A stretch of DNA of 32,508 bases from a virus (IMGVR_UViG_3300032295_001260:1-32508), one strand, 5' to 3'. Shown: positions 18,222-27,543, numbered from the stretch's first letter. The notes: a model not told the origin generated them from the letters alone. Program-made: numbers and translations.

Positions 18222-18976
18222 AGATAGGGGTGTATGGCGATAGCTATACAACCTGTCATGGGTTGTATGACGAGCCTACAAATTGGTACAATAAACTAGC
18301 TAGTTTACTCAGTGATATACGCGGCCCAACTACGATTAATCATTACGGTAGAGCCGGTTCGTCATTGTATTATACCTATAGGACGTTCTTTGACACACAC
18401 CATGAGAATGATCTTAACATTGTACTAATTACGGGTCCAAACAGATATCCGTTTATAGTTCAAATGGAAAAACCCAGTCACATAAGAACGTTTACTAGCA
18501 AACAGCATGTAATAAGTACCATAGATGCTTTGGCTGATACGTTAACTAACGATGAACTTAAAAAGTTAAATAATGTAGCTGCCTGGTTTGACGCATGTTT
18601 AGACGAGCGTTACTTCAATGATGTTGCTGAGTTAATGGTTGATAAAATTAGCTCAACGTCAAACACTATTGTTTATCCTTGCTTTTCGGATTCGTTCACT
18701 AGAGAACAATTTAAGAAACATAATTTAAACAAAGACATGCATTTTATGCATTCTCTTTGGTTTCGACAGTGTGAGTTACTTAAAATAGATACTGATTCAT
18801 TTACAGCACTAGAGAAAAAAACACTATGTGGTCATTTAAGTATAGAGTTCAATGTATTTTTTGCAGAAGTTCTTTATAAAAGAGTCCAAACAGGCAAGTG
18901 GGACCATACAGGTTTACTCGATGTAACTATCAGTCAACCTAGAAAATTTTATTACGACAATTTCAAAGATGAGTAA
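18218..18976 (+). CDS. Hypothetical SGNH/GDSL-like protein inserted between nrdA and nrdB
   Basis: N-terminal IGVYGDSY, NHYGRAGSS (block II-like) and a late CGHLS. It overlaps both neighbours. Confidence 0.65.
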   Translation: MKIGVYGDSYTTCHGLYDEPTNWYNKLASLLSDIRGPTTINHYGRAGSSLYYTYRTFFDTHHENDLNIVLITGPNRYPFIVQMEKPSHIRTFTSKQHVISTIDALADTLTNDELKKLNNVAAWFDACLDERYFNDVAELMVDKISSTSNTIVYPCFSDSFTREQFKKHNLNKDMHFMHSLWFRQCELLKIDTDSFTALEKKTLCGHLSIEFNVFFAEVLYKRVQTGKWDHTGLLDVTISQPRKFYYDNFKDE

Positions 18977-20069
18977 ACAACAATATAACCTAACAACAAA
19001 AACAGATTATCTCAATCGCAAGATGTTTCTAGACCCTGAAGGTCCTGTAACCATTCAGCGTTTTGAAGAAGTCAAGTACAAAAAAATAGTAGATTTTGAA
19101 CAAACTGCACGTGGCTTCTTTTGGGTACCAGAAGAAGTTAGTTTAACAAAAGATTCACAAGATTTTAAAGACGCCAGTGAAACCGTTCGTCATATTTTTA
19201 CTGCGAACCTATTGCGTCAAACAGCGTTAGACAGTTTGCAAGGTCGTGGACCTAGTCAAATATTTACACCTGTCGTCAGTTTACCTGAACTAGAAGCATT
19301 GGTATATAACTGGAGCTTCTTTGAGACAAACATTCACAGTCGCAGTTATAGTCACATTATTCGTAACATTTATAATGTACCTAAAGATGTATTCAATACT
19401 ATTCACGATACTAAAGAAATAGTAGACATGGCCAGTAGTGTTGGAAGATACTATGATGACTTACATAGAATCAACTGTCGCAAAGAGTTAGGTGAAAAGG
19501 TTACTGAAGAAGAACACATCAAAGCAATTTATCTTGCTCTACATGCTAGTTATGCACTAGAAGCATTCCGCTTTATGGTATCATTCGCTACATCGCTAGC
19601 CATGGTAGAGAATAAAATCTTCATTGGCAACGGCAACATCATCAGCTTGATTCTACAAGACGAGTTACTGCACAAGGGTTGGACAGCTTTCTTGATTAAT
19701 CAAGTAGTCAAAGAAGATCAACGTTTTGCTAAAATAGCAGAAGAATGCAAGGCAGAAGTAAATCAAATTTACGCTGACGTTATACGTGAAGAAAAAGAAT
19801 GGGCTGATTATCTATTCAAGTTTGGCCCTGTTATTGGTCTAAATGCTAACATTCTAAAAGATTTCGTTGACTATACCGCAGTGGCTGCATTGAAAGAAAT
19901 TGGTATTAAGTACTGGAACCCTAGTCCAAAATCTACACCTATACCATGGTTTAACAAACATTCTGATACTAGCAAAAAGCAAACAGCGTTACAAGAGAAC
20001 GAATCAACTAACTATGTAATCGGTGTAATGTCTGACGCACTTGATTATGACGAATTACCACAGATATAA
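18969..20069 (+). CDS. nrdB: Class Ia ribonucleotide reductase beta subunit
   Basis: FFWVPEEV, LDSLQGRGP, ETNIHSRSY (radical Tyr), LEAFRFMVSF, DELLH, ALQENESTNY. Confidence 0.96.
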   Translation: MSKQQYNLTTKTDYLNRKMFLDPEGPVTIQRFEEVKYKKIVDFEQTARGFFWVPEEVSLTKDSQDFKDASETVRHIFTANLLRQTALDSLQGRGPSQIFTPVVSLPELEALVYNWSFFETNIHSRSYSHIIRNIYNVPKDVFNTIHDTKEIVDMASSVGRYYDDLHRINCRKELGEKVTEEEHIKAIYLALHASYALEAFRFMVSFATSLAMVENKIFIGNGNIISLILQDELLHKGWTAFLINQVVKEDQRFAKIAEECKAEVNQIYADVIREEKEWADYLFKFGPVIGLNANILKDFVDYTAVAALKEIGIKYWNPSPKSTPIPWFNKHSDTSKKQTALQENESTNYVIGVMSDALDYDELPQI

Positions 20070-20081
20070 AAAGGAAATAAT

Positions 20082-20312
20082 ATGAAAGCAATTGTATGGA
20101 GTAAGTACCACTGTCCTTATTGCGACCAAGCAAAGGCATTACTAACACAAAAGGGTATCCCATTTGAAGAAAAGAAAATCGGTGATGGATACACAAAAGA
20201 AGAACTACTAGAAGCAGTACCCACAGCACGTACTGTTCCGCAAATCTTTTTAGATGAGCAATTAATCGGCGGGTTCAATGAACTCAAACAATATTTTTCA
20301 AAGGCAGCATAA
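20082..20312 (+). CDS. grxC: Glutaredoxin (NrdC/GrxC-like)
   Basis: CPYC active site, TVPQIF, IGGF. SD AAGGA upstream. Confidence 0.95.
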   Translation: MKAIVWSKYHCPYCDQAKALLTQKGIPFEEKKIGDGYTKEELLEAVPTARTVPQIFLDEQLIGGFNELKQYFSKAA

Positions 20313-20617
20313 TGCAAATAGCACTACAAACAAACTCAGTATACACATTCAAACTCAACTCAGGAGAAGAACTAATCGCTAAAGTAAGACAAGCAGGTGG
20401 TGACTTCATTGAAATAGAAGAACCTGTCTCTATTGCTCCTACACAGCAGGGTATGCAGATGATTCCTAGCGTATTCACCGCAGAACCCAAGGGTATTTTT
20501 AGACTAAATACTAGTAGCATTGCCATTTATGCTGAAACTGACGATAGCGTTAGAATGAAGTATTTAGAAGCAACGACTGGTATTAAAGTACCAGATAAGA
20601 AAATCGTATTAGGATAA
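20312..20617 (+). CDS. Phage hypothetical protein, possible Sm/SH3-like beta-barrel
   Basis: FKLNSGEELIAKV motif recalled from small myophage proteins. TAATG overlap with the glutaredoxin gene. Confidence 0.6.
   Translation: MQIALQTNSVYTFKLNSGEELIAKVRQAGGDFIEIEEPVSIAPTQQGMQMIPSVFTAEPKGIFRLNTSSIAIYAETDDSVRMKYLEATTGIKVPDKKIVLG
20504..20510 (+). promoter_or_regulatory. Possible intragenic late promoter (CTAAATA) for the PAAR and structural genes
   Basis: Late-consensus match about 110 nt upstream of the PAAR ATG. It could be a chance match. Confidence 0.3.
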
Positions 20618-20618
20618 T

Positions 20619-20900
20619 ATGCCACAACTTAGCAGAAAAGGTGACCAAAACAATGCAGGAGGCGCAATCATGCGTGGCGCCGGCACTGTTTTTGCCAATG
20701 GAATTCCAGTAGGATTGCATGTGAGTCAAATAACTCCTCATGCCCCTTTTGGTAGACCTCACCCTCCTCATAGGGCTGCTACGACAACTCAAGGAAGCCC
20801 TACAGTTTTTGCTGAGGGCGACCCGGTGTTAAGAGTAGGATCAGGTAACTCATGTGGACATAGCATCGCACAAGGAAGCCCTGACGTATACTGCCCATGA
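20619..20900 (+). CDS. PAAR-repeat tail spike tip protein (T4 gp5.4-like)
   Basis: LSRKGD, GAGTVFANGIPV, HPPH, GSPTVFAEGDPVLRVG...CGH.IAQGSPDV. Confidence 0.92.
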   Translation: MPQLSRKGDQNNAGGAIMRGAGTVFANGIPVGLHVSQITPHAPFGRPHPPHRAATTTQGSPTVFAEGDPVLRVGSGNSCGHSIAQGSPDVYCP

Positions 20901-23900
20901 CTACACCAAAACAATCCCCACTAGGCGTAAATGCAATAGGATCGCTAATAAATAACACAGGGTTTCAAATCAATCCCGTGGCACAATCCTATATGGGATC
21001 AAGCAAAACAAATACTGGATATACACCCGGCACTGTAGTTACTAACACCTGTTTGAATCTATTGACCTATGCAATCTATGATGCATATACTAGAGGTCAA
21101 GTTACAACTAGTCCTGCAGGCACATCGGTATACGACACATTAATTAGCATAGGTGCTAATGTATGTCCTGCATTGGGTAACAGTAAACCACCTACATATA
21201 GTGCAACTGATCCTAGTGGTCTATGGACTGATGATGGAACTCCTGCAACTAGTGGTTATGGTAATGACGTAAACCCTGACTATCCAAACAATGATGAAGG
21301 TCAAGGACAAGAAGCTAGTTGGTTACCGTATGACTTAACTAACCCTAATGGATCAGTAACACAGTGGGGATTCTTGCGTAACTATGCACTGCAAGCATGG
21401 AATGAATTTAATTGGAACGGAATACCTAGTAGTTCTACAGTAGAGTACAAAGATTTTTGCAGTTCATTTATGAATGCACAATCATACATAGAGTCTACTA
21501 ATCCATTCATTCGTATTTCTAATAGAAGTATTACTTTCTTAGAAGGTACATACAGCAATATGAATGATTACTCTAGTTGTGATATAACTGGAGTTAATTT
21601 AGCAACTGCGACATTCGGTAGTGATTGTATTACACTAGGCAAAGCAATAGACCTAAGTAAACTAAACAAGTTTGGGTTACCCTCTACTTTATTGCAAGTC
21701 ATTTACAAAAACAATGCATTCACACAATCGTTGACTCTTGCATTATTGTCAGCAGGTATGACACCTGACGAAGCAGTGGGTATTGCTTCAGGTGATATCA
21801 GTTATGTTACTAAACAACAAGAGCAACAAATATTTGGTGCATTCTTAGTTATTGTAGGTGTAGACTTAGTTGATGTGACTGTGCCTTTAAACTGCAAGAC
21901 TAAAGGCTTAGGAACATTAGCAGACTTGCTAGATGTTAAAAAGATGTTCCCTAACAGTTATACATCAATGACTGTTCCAATGTATAACACAACTTCTGCA
22001 CCTACAAATAGTAAAACATACTATCCTATATATGAAAACGGTGCAGTAAGTTCTAGATTATCAAATCCTAATCTAACTAAACAAGTGGGTGCAAATATAC
22101 CAAATGGAACTCCACCTATAGTTAACAGCACAACTACTAATGTTCAAATATTACCAGTTGGATTTGATTCTTATCTACAAAACGCAATACCAGAAGATAT
22201 AGGTGTAGCAGCCGGCGCATTTGCTTTTAGTATGCTACAGATTCCAAACATTACTAACGTAAATTTTGAAAAGTTTGCACAAGTCGCTGCCTCTATCGAA
22301 GTCAGCACCGTTGGATTAGATCAAGTAAATGGCACAAACGTACCAGTCAACACAACACTAGCACAGCAGACATATAACAAGGTTGCATTAGGTAGTGGTC
22401 CAGAAGGCACGTATACTATGAGTGACTTCTATGGTTGTATGTCAGGATTACCCTACAGTTGGAACGAGTTGCAAAAGGATATAATTGCGGCACAAACAAC
22501 AAAACTGTCTAACATCTACAATCAATTGTATCTTGCTACGACATGGGAAGGTGCAACACTATCAGTTCAGTATTCTACAGCAGCCGGCCCACTTTACACG
22601 ATTACTGGACTAACAGTAACTGATTCAGGTGGTGGTTATTATAGAGGTACTGCATCTGCACCTACTATTACTATTGCAGGCGGATCAGGTGCAACAGCAA
22701 CATGCACTATAGGAACAGATCCTACCAATGTTTCAACATATGGTAGAGTCACAGGTGTAACATTAACATCAGCCGGATCAGCAACAGGAACAATACCTAC
22801 TGCTACTGTAGAATGTCCTCCTACTGCAACATTGGCAGTGGCAGTTGATGGCAGTATTGCAACAGGTGGGACAAACACTGCTAGTGGTACAGCAGGATGG
22901 CCTGGAATGAACACAGTAGTTAGTGCATACATTACACAAGCTAATGATGAAATTACTAGTATTAGTACTTCCAAAGTAAACGATACAATAAATCTTAACA
23001 CGGTATACAATGCATTTGGTAATCAGTTGATGATAGAGCAACGTGCAAGATACCATGGAATACCTCCTGTCAACGTGACAAGAGATACATGGTTGAATTC
23101 AAGTCCATCTGCGTTGATAACATTTGTGGATGCAATGATTGGCATGACAACAAATACATACCCGCATATGTATGGTCAAACACTAGAAGCAATAACTGAC
23201 TTATGCACAGTGGGCGGACAAAGCGTTATAGCTTTGGGTAGACAGATAAGAAACACAGAAAAGATTCAACAATTGGGTATAACGGTTAACGGAGCAATAC
23301 CTGCTGAACCTAACCCTGCATCAGCACCGATATTATTATCTAACGGTACTACTCCTACAGCAAAAACAGGTATTTCTGTACCGGGTATAGGATGTGTACC
23401 TGATGAGCCTACGATATTTACGATTCCTAGTATTATGATACAATCAGATTGTACCACCGGTGATCTGATATCACCTAAACCACAGGGATACTTTGATCCA
23501 AATACGAATCGTTTCATGAAAACGACAGGTGCTACTGAAATCAACGAAGTCCCTGCAATCGGTACGATAGTTAAATCAGCTAGTACTACTTTAAATAATA
23601 CTAACTTACTGGGACCAAACTGTGACGGCACAGGCCCTGCATTATTTGGATCATCTGCGTTAGACGCATCTGCATTGCAAACAGGAACAACAGAGAACTT
23701 CTCACCTGAAGATAAGTTCTCAAATAATTTACAACCAATTGGTATATTCAAAACAGGTACAAGGATACCAACAGGCACTGCTACCCCAATTGATACCGGA
23801 GCCGCAGAGTTTCCGGGCAGTTTAGCCGGTTCGCCCGAAACAAACTTGCTACCTGCAACACTAAATTCAGCATATACATCATCAGTATTACTTCCTTCTA

Positions 23901-23965
23901 CATTAAGCGTACAGGAAGCTATAGATGAGGTCGTCAAGTGTAATTGCGACTGCTGGATAGACTAA
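20897..23965 (+). CDS. Large (1022 aa) Thr/Asn/Gly-rich putative virion structural protein
   Basis: Long ORF coupled to PAAR by an ATGA overlap. It has an internal ITGLTVTDSGGGY...APTITIAGGSGATAT...VTGVTLTSAGS module typical of myophage baseplate/tail proteins and a C-terminal CNCDCW. Confidence 0.7.
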   Translation: MTTPKQSPLGVNAIGSLINNTGFQINPVAQSYMGSSKTNTGYTPGTVVTNTCLNLLTYAIYDAYTRGQVTTSPAGTSVYDTLISIGANVCPALGNSKPPTYSATDPSGLWTDDGTPATSGYGNDVNPDYPNNDEGQGQEASWLPYDLTNPNGSVTQWGFLRNYALQAWNEFNWNGIPSSSTVEYKDFCSSFMNAQSYIESTNPFIRISNRSITFLEGTYSNMNDYSSCDITGVNLATATFGSDCITLGKAIDLSKLNKFGLPSTLLQVIYKNNAFTQSLTLALLSAGMTPDEAVGIASGDISYVTKQQEQQIFGAFLVIVGVDLVDVTVPLNCKTKGLGTLADLLDVKKMFPNSYTSMTVPMYNTTSAPTNSKTYYPIYENGAVSSRLSNPNLTKQVGANIPNGTPPIVNSTTTNVQILPVGFDSYLQNAIPEDIGVAAGAFAFSMLQIPNITNVNFEKFAQVAASIEVSTVGLDQVNGTNVPVNTTLAQQTYNKVALGSGPEGTYTMSDFYGCMSGLPYSWNELQKDIIAAQTTKLSNIYNQLYLATTWEGATLSVQYSTAAGPLYTITGLTVTDSGGGYYRGTASAPTITIAGGSGATATCTIGTDPTNVSTYGRVTGVTLTSAGSATGTIPTATVECPPTATLAVAVDGSIATGGTNTASGTAGWPGMNTVVSAYITQANDEITSISTSKVNDTINLNTVYNAFGNQLMIEQRARYHGIPPVNVTRDTWLNSSPSALITFVDAMIGMTTNTYPHMYGQTLEAITDLCTVGGQSVIALGRQIRNTEKIQQLGITVNGAIPAEPNPASAPILLSNGTTPTAKTGISVPGIGCVPDEPTIFTIPSIMIQSDCTTGDLISPKPQGYFDPNTNRFMKTTGATEINEVPAIGTIVKSASTTLNNTNLLGPNCDGTGPALFGSSALDASALQTGTTENFSPEDKFSNNLQPIGIFKTGTRIPTGTATPIDTGAAEFPGSLAGSPETNLLPATLNSAYTSSVLLPSTLSVQEAIDEVVKCNCDCWID

Positions 23966-23974
23966 CCGTTTTTG

Positions 23975-24003
23975 TTGAATAAAAATACATTTGGTGCTAT
24001 ACT
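23975..24003 (+). promoter_or_regulatory. Sigma70-type promoter with extended -10
   Basis: TTGAAT (23975-23980), 17-nt spacer ending in TGc, then TATACT (23998-24003), in the intergenic region. Confidence 0.65.
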
Positions 24004-24064
24004 AAGCATCTAAGTATTTTTACCGTTCTCAAAAACGGCACAAACTATGAAAGGAAAGTTGAAA

Positions 24065-24622
24065 ATGGAAACAACTATAAAAACATTTGGTAGTTTACTA
24101 GGACTATTCTTAATTTTGGCATTGGTGAACACAGTTACCGCATTCAAGTTACAAAGTAATACTGGTATACTAGGAATGGCTAAAGAACACAAGTCTTACG
24201 TAGACATTAGGAATGTTGATAGAACATTGGAATGTTTAGCATTGAATATTTACAGAGAAGCCGGCAACGAACCATTTGAAGGTAAAGTTGCAGTAGCTCA
24301 AGTAACGTTGAACAGAGTTGATGATGGTCGCTTTGGTAAAGACGTATGCGGAGTAGTATATCAAAAGAACGTTGTTATGGAAAAGGTCGTGTGTCAGTTT
24401 AGCTGGTACTGCGACAGTGTTCATAGATCACGTCCTATTAACAAAGAATCATATGCTAACAGCTATGCAGTAGCCAAAAAAGTTTTGTTAGAAGGTTTTA
24501 GATTGGATTCTCTAGAGGATGCTCTCTTTTATCATGCGGATTATGTAAACCCACGCTGGCCGCATGAGCGTATTACTAAAGTGGGAACTCACATTTTTTA
24601 TAAAACAAAGGTAAAGCAATGA
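24065..24622 (+). CDS. Cell wall hydrolase, SleB/CwlJ (Hydrolase_2) family, with N-terminal hydrophobic anchor or signal
   Basis: CLALNIYREAGNEPFEGKVAVAQVTLNRV, VCGVVYQ, CQFSW, ALFYHADYVNPRW, VGTHIFY. SD AAAGGA at 24050-24055 favours ATG 24065 (alternative start 24047). Confidence 0.92.
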   Translation: METTIKTFGSLLGLFLILALVNTVTAFKLQSNTGILGMAKEHKSYVDIRNVDRTLECLALNIYREAGNEPFEGKVAVAQVTLNRVDDGRFGKDVCGVVYQKNVVMEKVVCQFSWYCDSVHRSRPINKESYANSYAVAKKVLLEGFRLDSLEDALFYHADYVNPRWPHERITKVGTHIFYKTKVKQ

Positions 24623-24930
24623 ACTACATGATTCAAACAATGGACTATATCAAAGATTTATTCTACAATAAATTGGGCAAAATGTCCGCAGACACACTAG
24701 GTTGGTTAGCAAACATTGCATTGCATTGTGCAACTATTCCATCTTTCTTTGCACTAATGACTGGAATCACTGAAAAGCCCCCGGCTGTTGATTTGGTTCT
24801 TATGATTTGGGCAACCCTTGGTCTATTGTTCTTCCGTGCAGTACTACTCAAGGATTTGTTGAATATCGTAACTATTGGCATGGGCTTTTTGCTTCAAGCA
24901 ACAGCTATGGCATTGATATTTTTCAAGTGA
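24619..24930 (+). CDS. Small membrane protein with about three TM helices (SemiSWEET/PQ-loop-like or holin-like)
   Basis: Three hydrophobic segments. TLGWLANIALHCATIPS resembles the first SemiSWEET helix (IG..A...TT..F.PQ). Coupled to the hydrolase by ATGA. Confidence 0.55.
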   Translation: MNYMIQTMDYIKDLFYNKLGKMSADTLGWLANIALHCATIPSFFALMTGITEKPPAVDLVLMIWATLGLLFFRAVLLKDLLNIVTIGMGFLLQATAMALIFFK

Positions 24931-24933
24931 TCG

Positions 24934-24948
24934 TTTACTCAGTAAATA
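24934..24948 (+). promoter_or_regulatory. Putative late promoter GTAAATA embedded in the palindrome TTTACT-C-AGTAAA, upstream of metK
   Basis: Intergenic GTAAATA at 24942-24948, then SD AAGGAG and ATG 24967. Confidence 0.55.
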
Positions 24949-24966
24949 CATCACTTAAGGAGAATT

Positions 24967-26067
24967 ATGAGTTACCTATTTACAAGTGAAAGCGTTAGTG
25001 AAGGTCATCCAGACAAAGTAGCTGACGCAATTAGCGATGCCATTTTAGATTTAATTATGGCGAACGAAGATCCTGCACAACGATGTGCATGTGAGACTTT
25101 GGTAACAACAAACCGTGTAGTAGTTGCAGGTGAATATAAAGGTTCACTGCATGATCTTCAAGTTGACAGTGCAGTTCGCCGTGTTATTAAGTTGATTGGT
25201 TATGAACAAGAAGGTTTCGACTGGCGAAAGTTAGAAGTCACTAATCTATTACATGGTCAAAGTGCTGATATTGCATTAGGTACCGATAACTTTGGCGCTG
25301 GAGATCAAGGCTTAATGTTTGGCTATGCATGTAATGAAACTGAATCGCACATGCCAAGCGCAATCTATTGGTCACATCGTATTGTAGAAAAACTTTCTGA
25401 ACTACGAAAAAACAAGGTCATGACTTGCCTTGGTCCAGATGCCAAGAGTCAGGTTACGTTTGAATATGATGACAATGGTAAGCCTACACGTATTGCTAAA
25501 GTTGTTTGTTCTACCCAACATACAGAAGATACGAACATTGAAACATTGCGTAGAGCAGTAGAGGAAGTGATTCGTGCTATACTTCCTGCAAAATTATTAG
25601 ACAATGCTACTGAATTTTATATTAATCCTACTGGTCGTTTCGTTATTGGTGGTCCTGATGGCGACACTGGGCTCACTGGAAGAAAAATTATTGTGGACAC
25701 CTACGGTGGTTATAGTCCTCATGGTGGCGGTGCTTTCAGTGGCAAAGATCCTACCAAAGTAGATCGTAGTGCGGCATATTTAACACGTTGGATTGCTAAG
25801 AACATCGTAGCAAGTGGTAAGGCAGATTGGGCAACTGTACAAATCAGTTACGCAATTGGTCTAGCACAACCAATGAGTTTTTATATTGAAACTGCTGATG
25901 CTAAACAAGGTCGTGAACTAACTAAATGGGTACAAGACAACGTTGATTTGACACCTAAAGGTATCATTGATCGTTTCAATTTATTCAGACCTATCTATAG
26001 TAAAACAACCAACTACGGTCATTTTGGCAAAGCTGATTTACCGTGGGAAAACATAAATCTATTTTAA
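24967..26067 (+). CDS. metK: S-adenosylmethionine synthetase
   Basis: LFTSESVSEGHPDK, GAGDQGLMFGYA, GGPDGDTGLTGRKIIVDTYGG, GGGAFSGKDPTKVDRSAAY, YGHFG. Confidence 0.98.
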   Translation: MSYLFTSESVSEGHPDKVADAISDAILDLIMANEDPAQRCACETLVTTNRVVVAGEYKGSLHDLQVDSAVRRVIKLIGYEQEGFDWRKLEVTNLLHGQSADIALGTDNFGAGDQGLMFGYACNETESHMPSAIYWSHRIVEKLSELRKNKVMTCLGPDAKSQVTFEYDDNGKPTRIAKVVCSTQHTEDTNIETLRRAVEEVIRAILPAKLLDNATEFYINPTGRFVIGGPDGDTGLTGRKIIVDTYGGYSPHGGGAFSGKDPTKVDRSAAYLTRWIAKNIVASGKADWATVQISYAIGLAQPMSFYIETADAKQGRELTKWVQDNVDLTPKGIIDRFNLFRPIYSKTTNYGHFGKADLPWENINLF

Positions 26068-26068
26068 A

Positions 26069-26632
26069 ATGAACTCTAGTCCAGAACGAGGAACATTTCA
26101 TATTCAAAACAAACTCAAGCAATTAGAAGAAGGTACTACCACAGCCGAAGATGCTGAAGGTATGATCGATTTCTATAAATCTTGGGAAGACCGACGCCGT
26201 GAGTTAGAACAAACTGCCGAATGGCGTCAAAACAATATGGAGTATGACCTTCGTTCTTGCAAGTGGGTTTGTGACAAAGCGAAAGCTAGTGAAGCATACG
26301 CACAAAACTTGTATGCCGCAATTTGTAATAATGATTTCACTAGAAATGATGTATGGCCTATACTACAAGGTCAAACATGGAGTGCTAGTTGGAGAAGCGC
26401 AGGTGGCATCATCGCTAACATGGTTGAAGAAGGTGATTATATTGATTGGTATTGTTCCGGCATCACCGGAGAAATCTCCGATGAAGAATACAATGATATG
26501 ACTAAACAACAACAAGAAAGATACATGTATCTAAAAACTCATTTTGTCCCGGAAAGTGTAGTCACTGATGAGATACGTGAAGACCTCCTTAAACTAGGAT
26601 GGTTAGTAGTAGATAATGGAAATGAAGAATGA
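26069..26632 (+). CDS. Hypothetical phage protein
   Basis: 187-aa ORF packed between neighbours. It has motif-like segments YAQNLYAAICNN and WSASWRSAGGIIA..GDYIDWYCSG. No function recognised. Confidence 0.75.
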   Translation: MNSSPERGTFHIQNKLKQLEEGTTTAEDAEGMIDFYKSWEDRRRELEQTAEWRQNNMEYDLRSCKWVCDKAKASEAYAQNLYAAICNNDFTRNDVWPILQGQTWSASWRSAGGIIANMVEEGDYIDWYCSGITGEISDEEYNDMTKQQQERYMYLKTHFVPESVVTDEIREDLLKLGWLVVDNGNEE

Positions 26633-27543
26633 AAATATTAATAACAGGATTGAGTGGGTTTATTGGTGGATATCTCAATAAAAGATTGAAATCAAAATAC
26701 GAGATTTATGACTTGGGTTGTAATCTACTAGAGTTTGATAAAGTAAAAGAAAGACTGCATGAAGTCAATCCTGATTTTATTATTCACCTAGCCGCACGTA
26801 CAGAAGTTGAACGTAGCTTTTATGAACAAACAACGTTCAGTCAGATTAATTATACAGGTACCGTTAACCTGATTGAATCTAGTAAAGATTTGACTAACTT
26901 AAAGTTATGCATCTTTAGTTCAACTATGGAAACATATGGTTGGCAACCTGAAAGCGATTTGATTAGAGACGGCAAAGATTTTACATTACCTGTCTTCACA
27001 GAAGAAACTAAACAACATCCCAATGCTCCATATGCTGTAGCAAAGATGGCTTGTGAGTTATACTACAATTATGCAAATCGTGCGTATAACTATCCTTTCT
27101 GTGCTATTCGGCAAACTAATAGTTATGGTCGTGTAGACAATGATTTCTTTGTAGTTGAGCAAATCATTACACAGATGTTGAAGAACCCTAACGAAATCAA
27201 TTTGGGATATAAGCACCCATACAGAAACTTCTTATTCATTGAAGATTTAGTAGATATGTATGAAACTATCCTTGATAAGCACACAGAAGCACGTGGTGAA
27301 ATTTTCTGTGCAGGACCTAACAACGCAGTTTCAATCGAAGAACTAGCAAATACTATAGCCAATAAGTTAGGTTGGAAGGGCAAAATCAATTGGGACACTA
27401 AACCAGCAAGACCTGGTGAAATTTACGTTCTTAATTCTACGAATGACAAAGCAACATCAATGTTGGGTTGGTCACCTAGTACTAGTCTCAGTGATGGCCT
27501 AGACAAGACCATTGAAATTTGGCGTACTAAATACAATATGTAA
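26629..27543 (+). CDS. NAD-dependent NDP-sugar epimerase/dehydratase (extended SDR; RmlB/Gmd-like)
   Basis: ILITGLSGFIG, IHLAA, SSTMETYG, PYAVAK (YxxxK), RNFLFIEDL, RPGE, LGWSP. Confidence 0.92.
   Translation: MKILITGLSGFIGGYLNKRLKSKYEIYDLGCNLLEFDKVKERLHEVNPDFIIHLAARTEVERSFYEQTTFSQINYTGTVNLIESSKDLTNLKLCIFSSTMETYGWQPESDLIRDGKDFTLPVFTEETKQHPNAPYAVAKMACELYYNYANRAYNYPFCAIRQTNSYGRVDNDFFVVEQIITQMLKNPNEINLGYKHPYRNFLFIEDLVDMYETILDKHTEARGEIFCAGPNNAVSIEELANTIANKLGWKGKINWDTKPARPGEIYVLNSTNDKATSMLGWSPSTSLSDGLDKTIEIWRTKYNM
27527..27533 (+). promoter_or_regulatory. Putative late promoter (CTAAATA) upstream of iscU
   Basis: Late-consensus match about 24 nt before ATG 27557, with SD AGGAG in between. Confidence 0.5.

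Noticed and set aside
15903-20069. Intein or group I intron in nrdA/nrdB
   Set aside because: Both ORFs are continuous and of normal length, with no intein C/S...HN motifs. The gene between them lacks HNH, GIY-YIG and LAGLIDADG motifs.
23266-23937. 223-aa minus-strand ORF and other antisense ORFs over nrdA, iscU and the epimerases
   Set aside because: They lie entirely antisense to well-supported genes, have no recognisable motifs, and are expected from codon bias.
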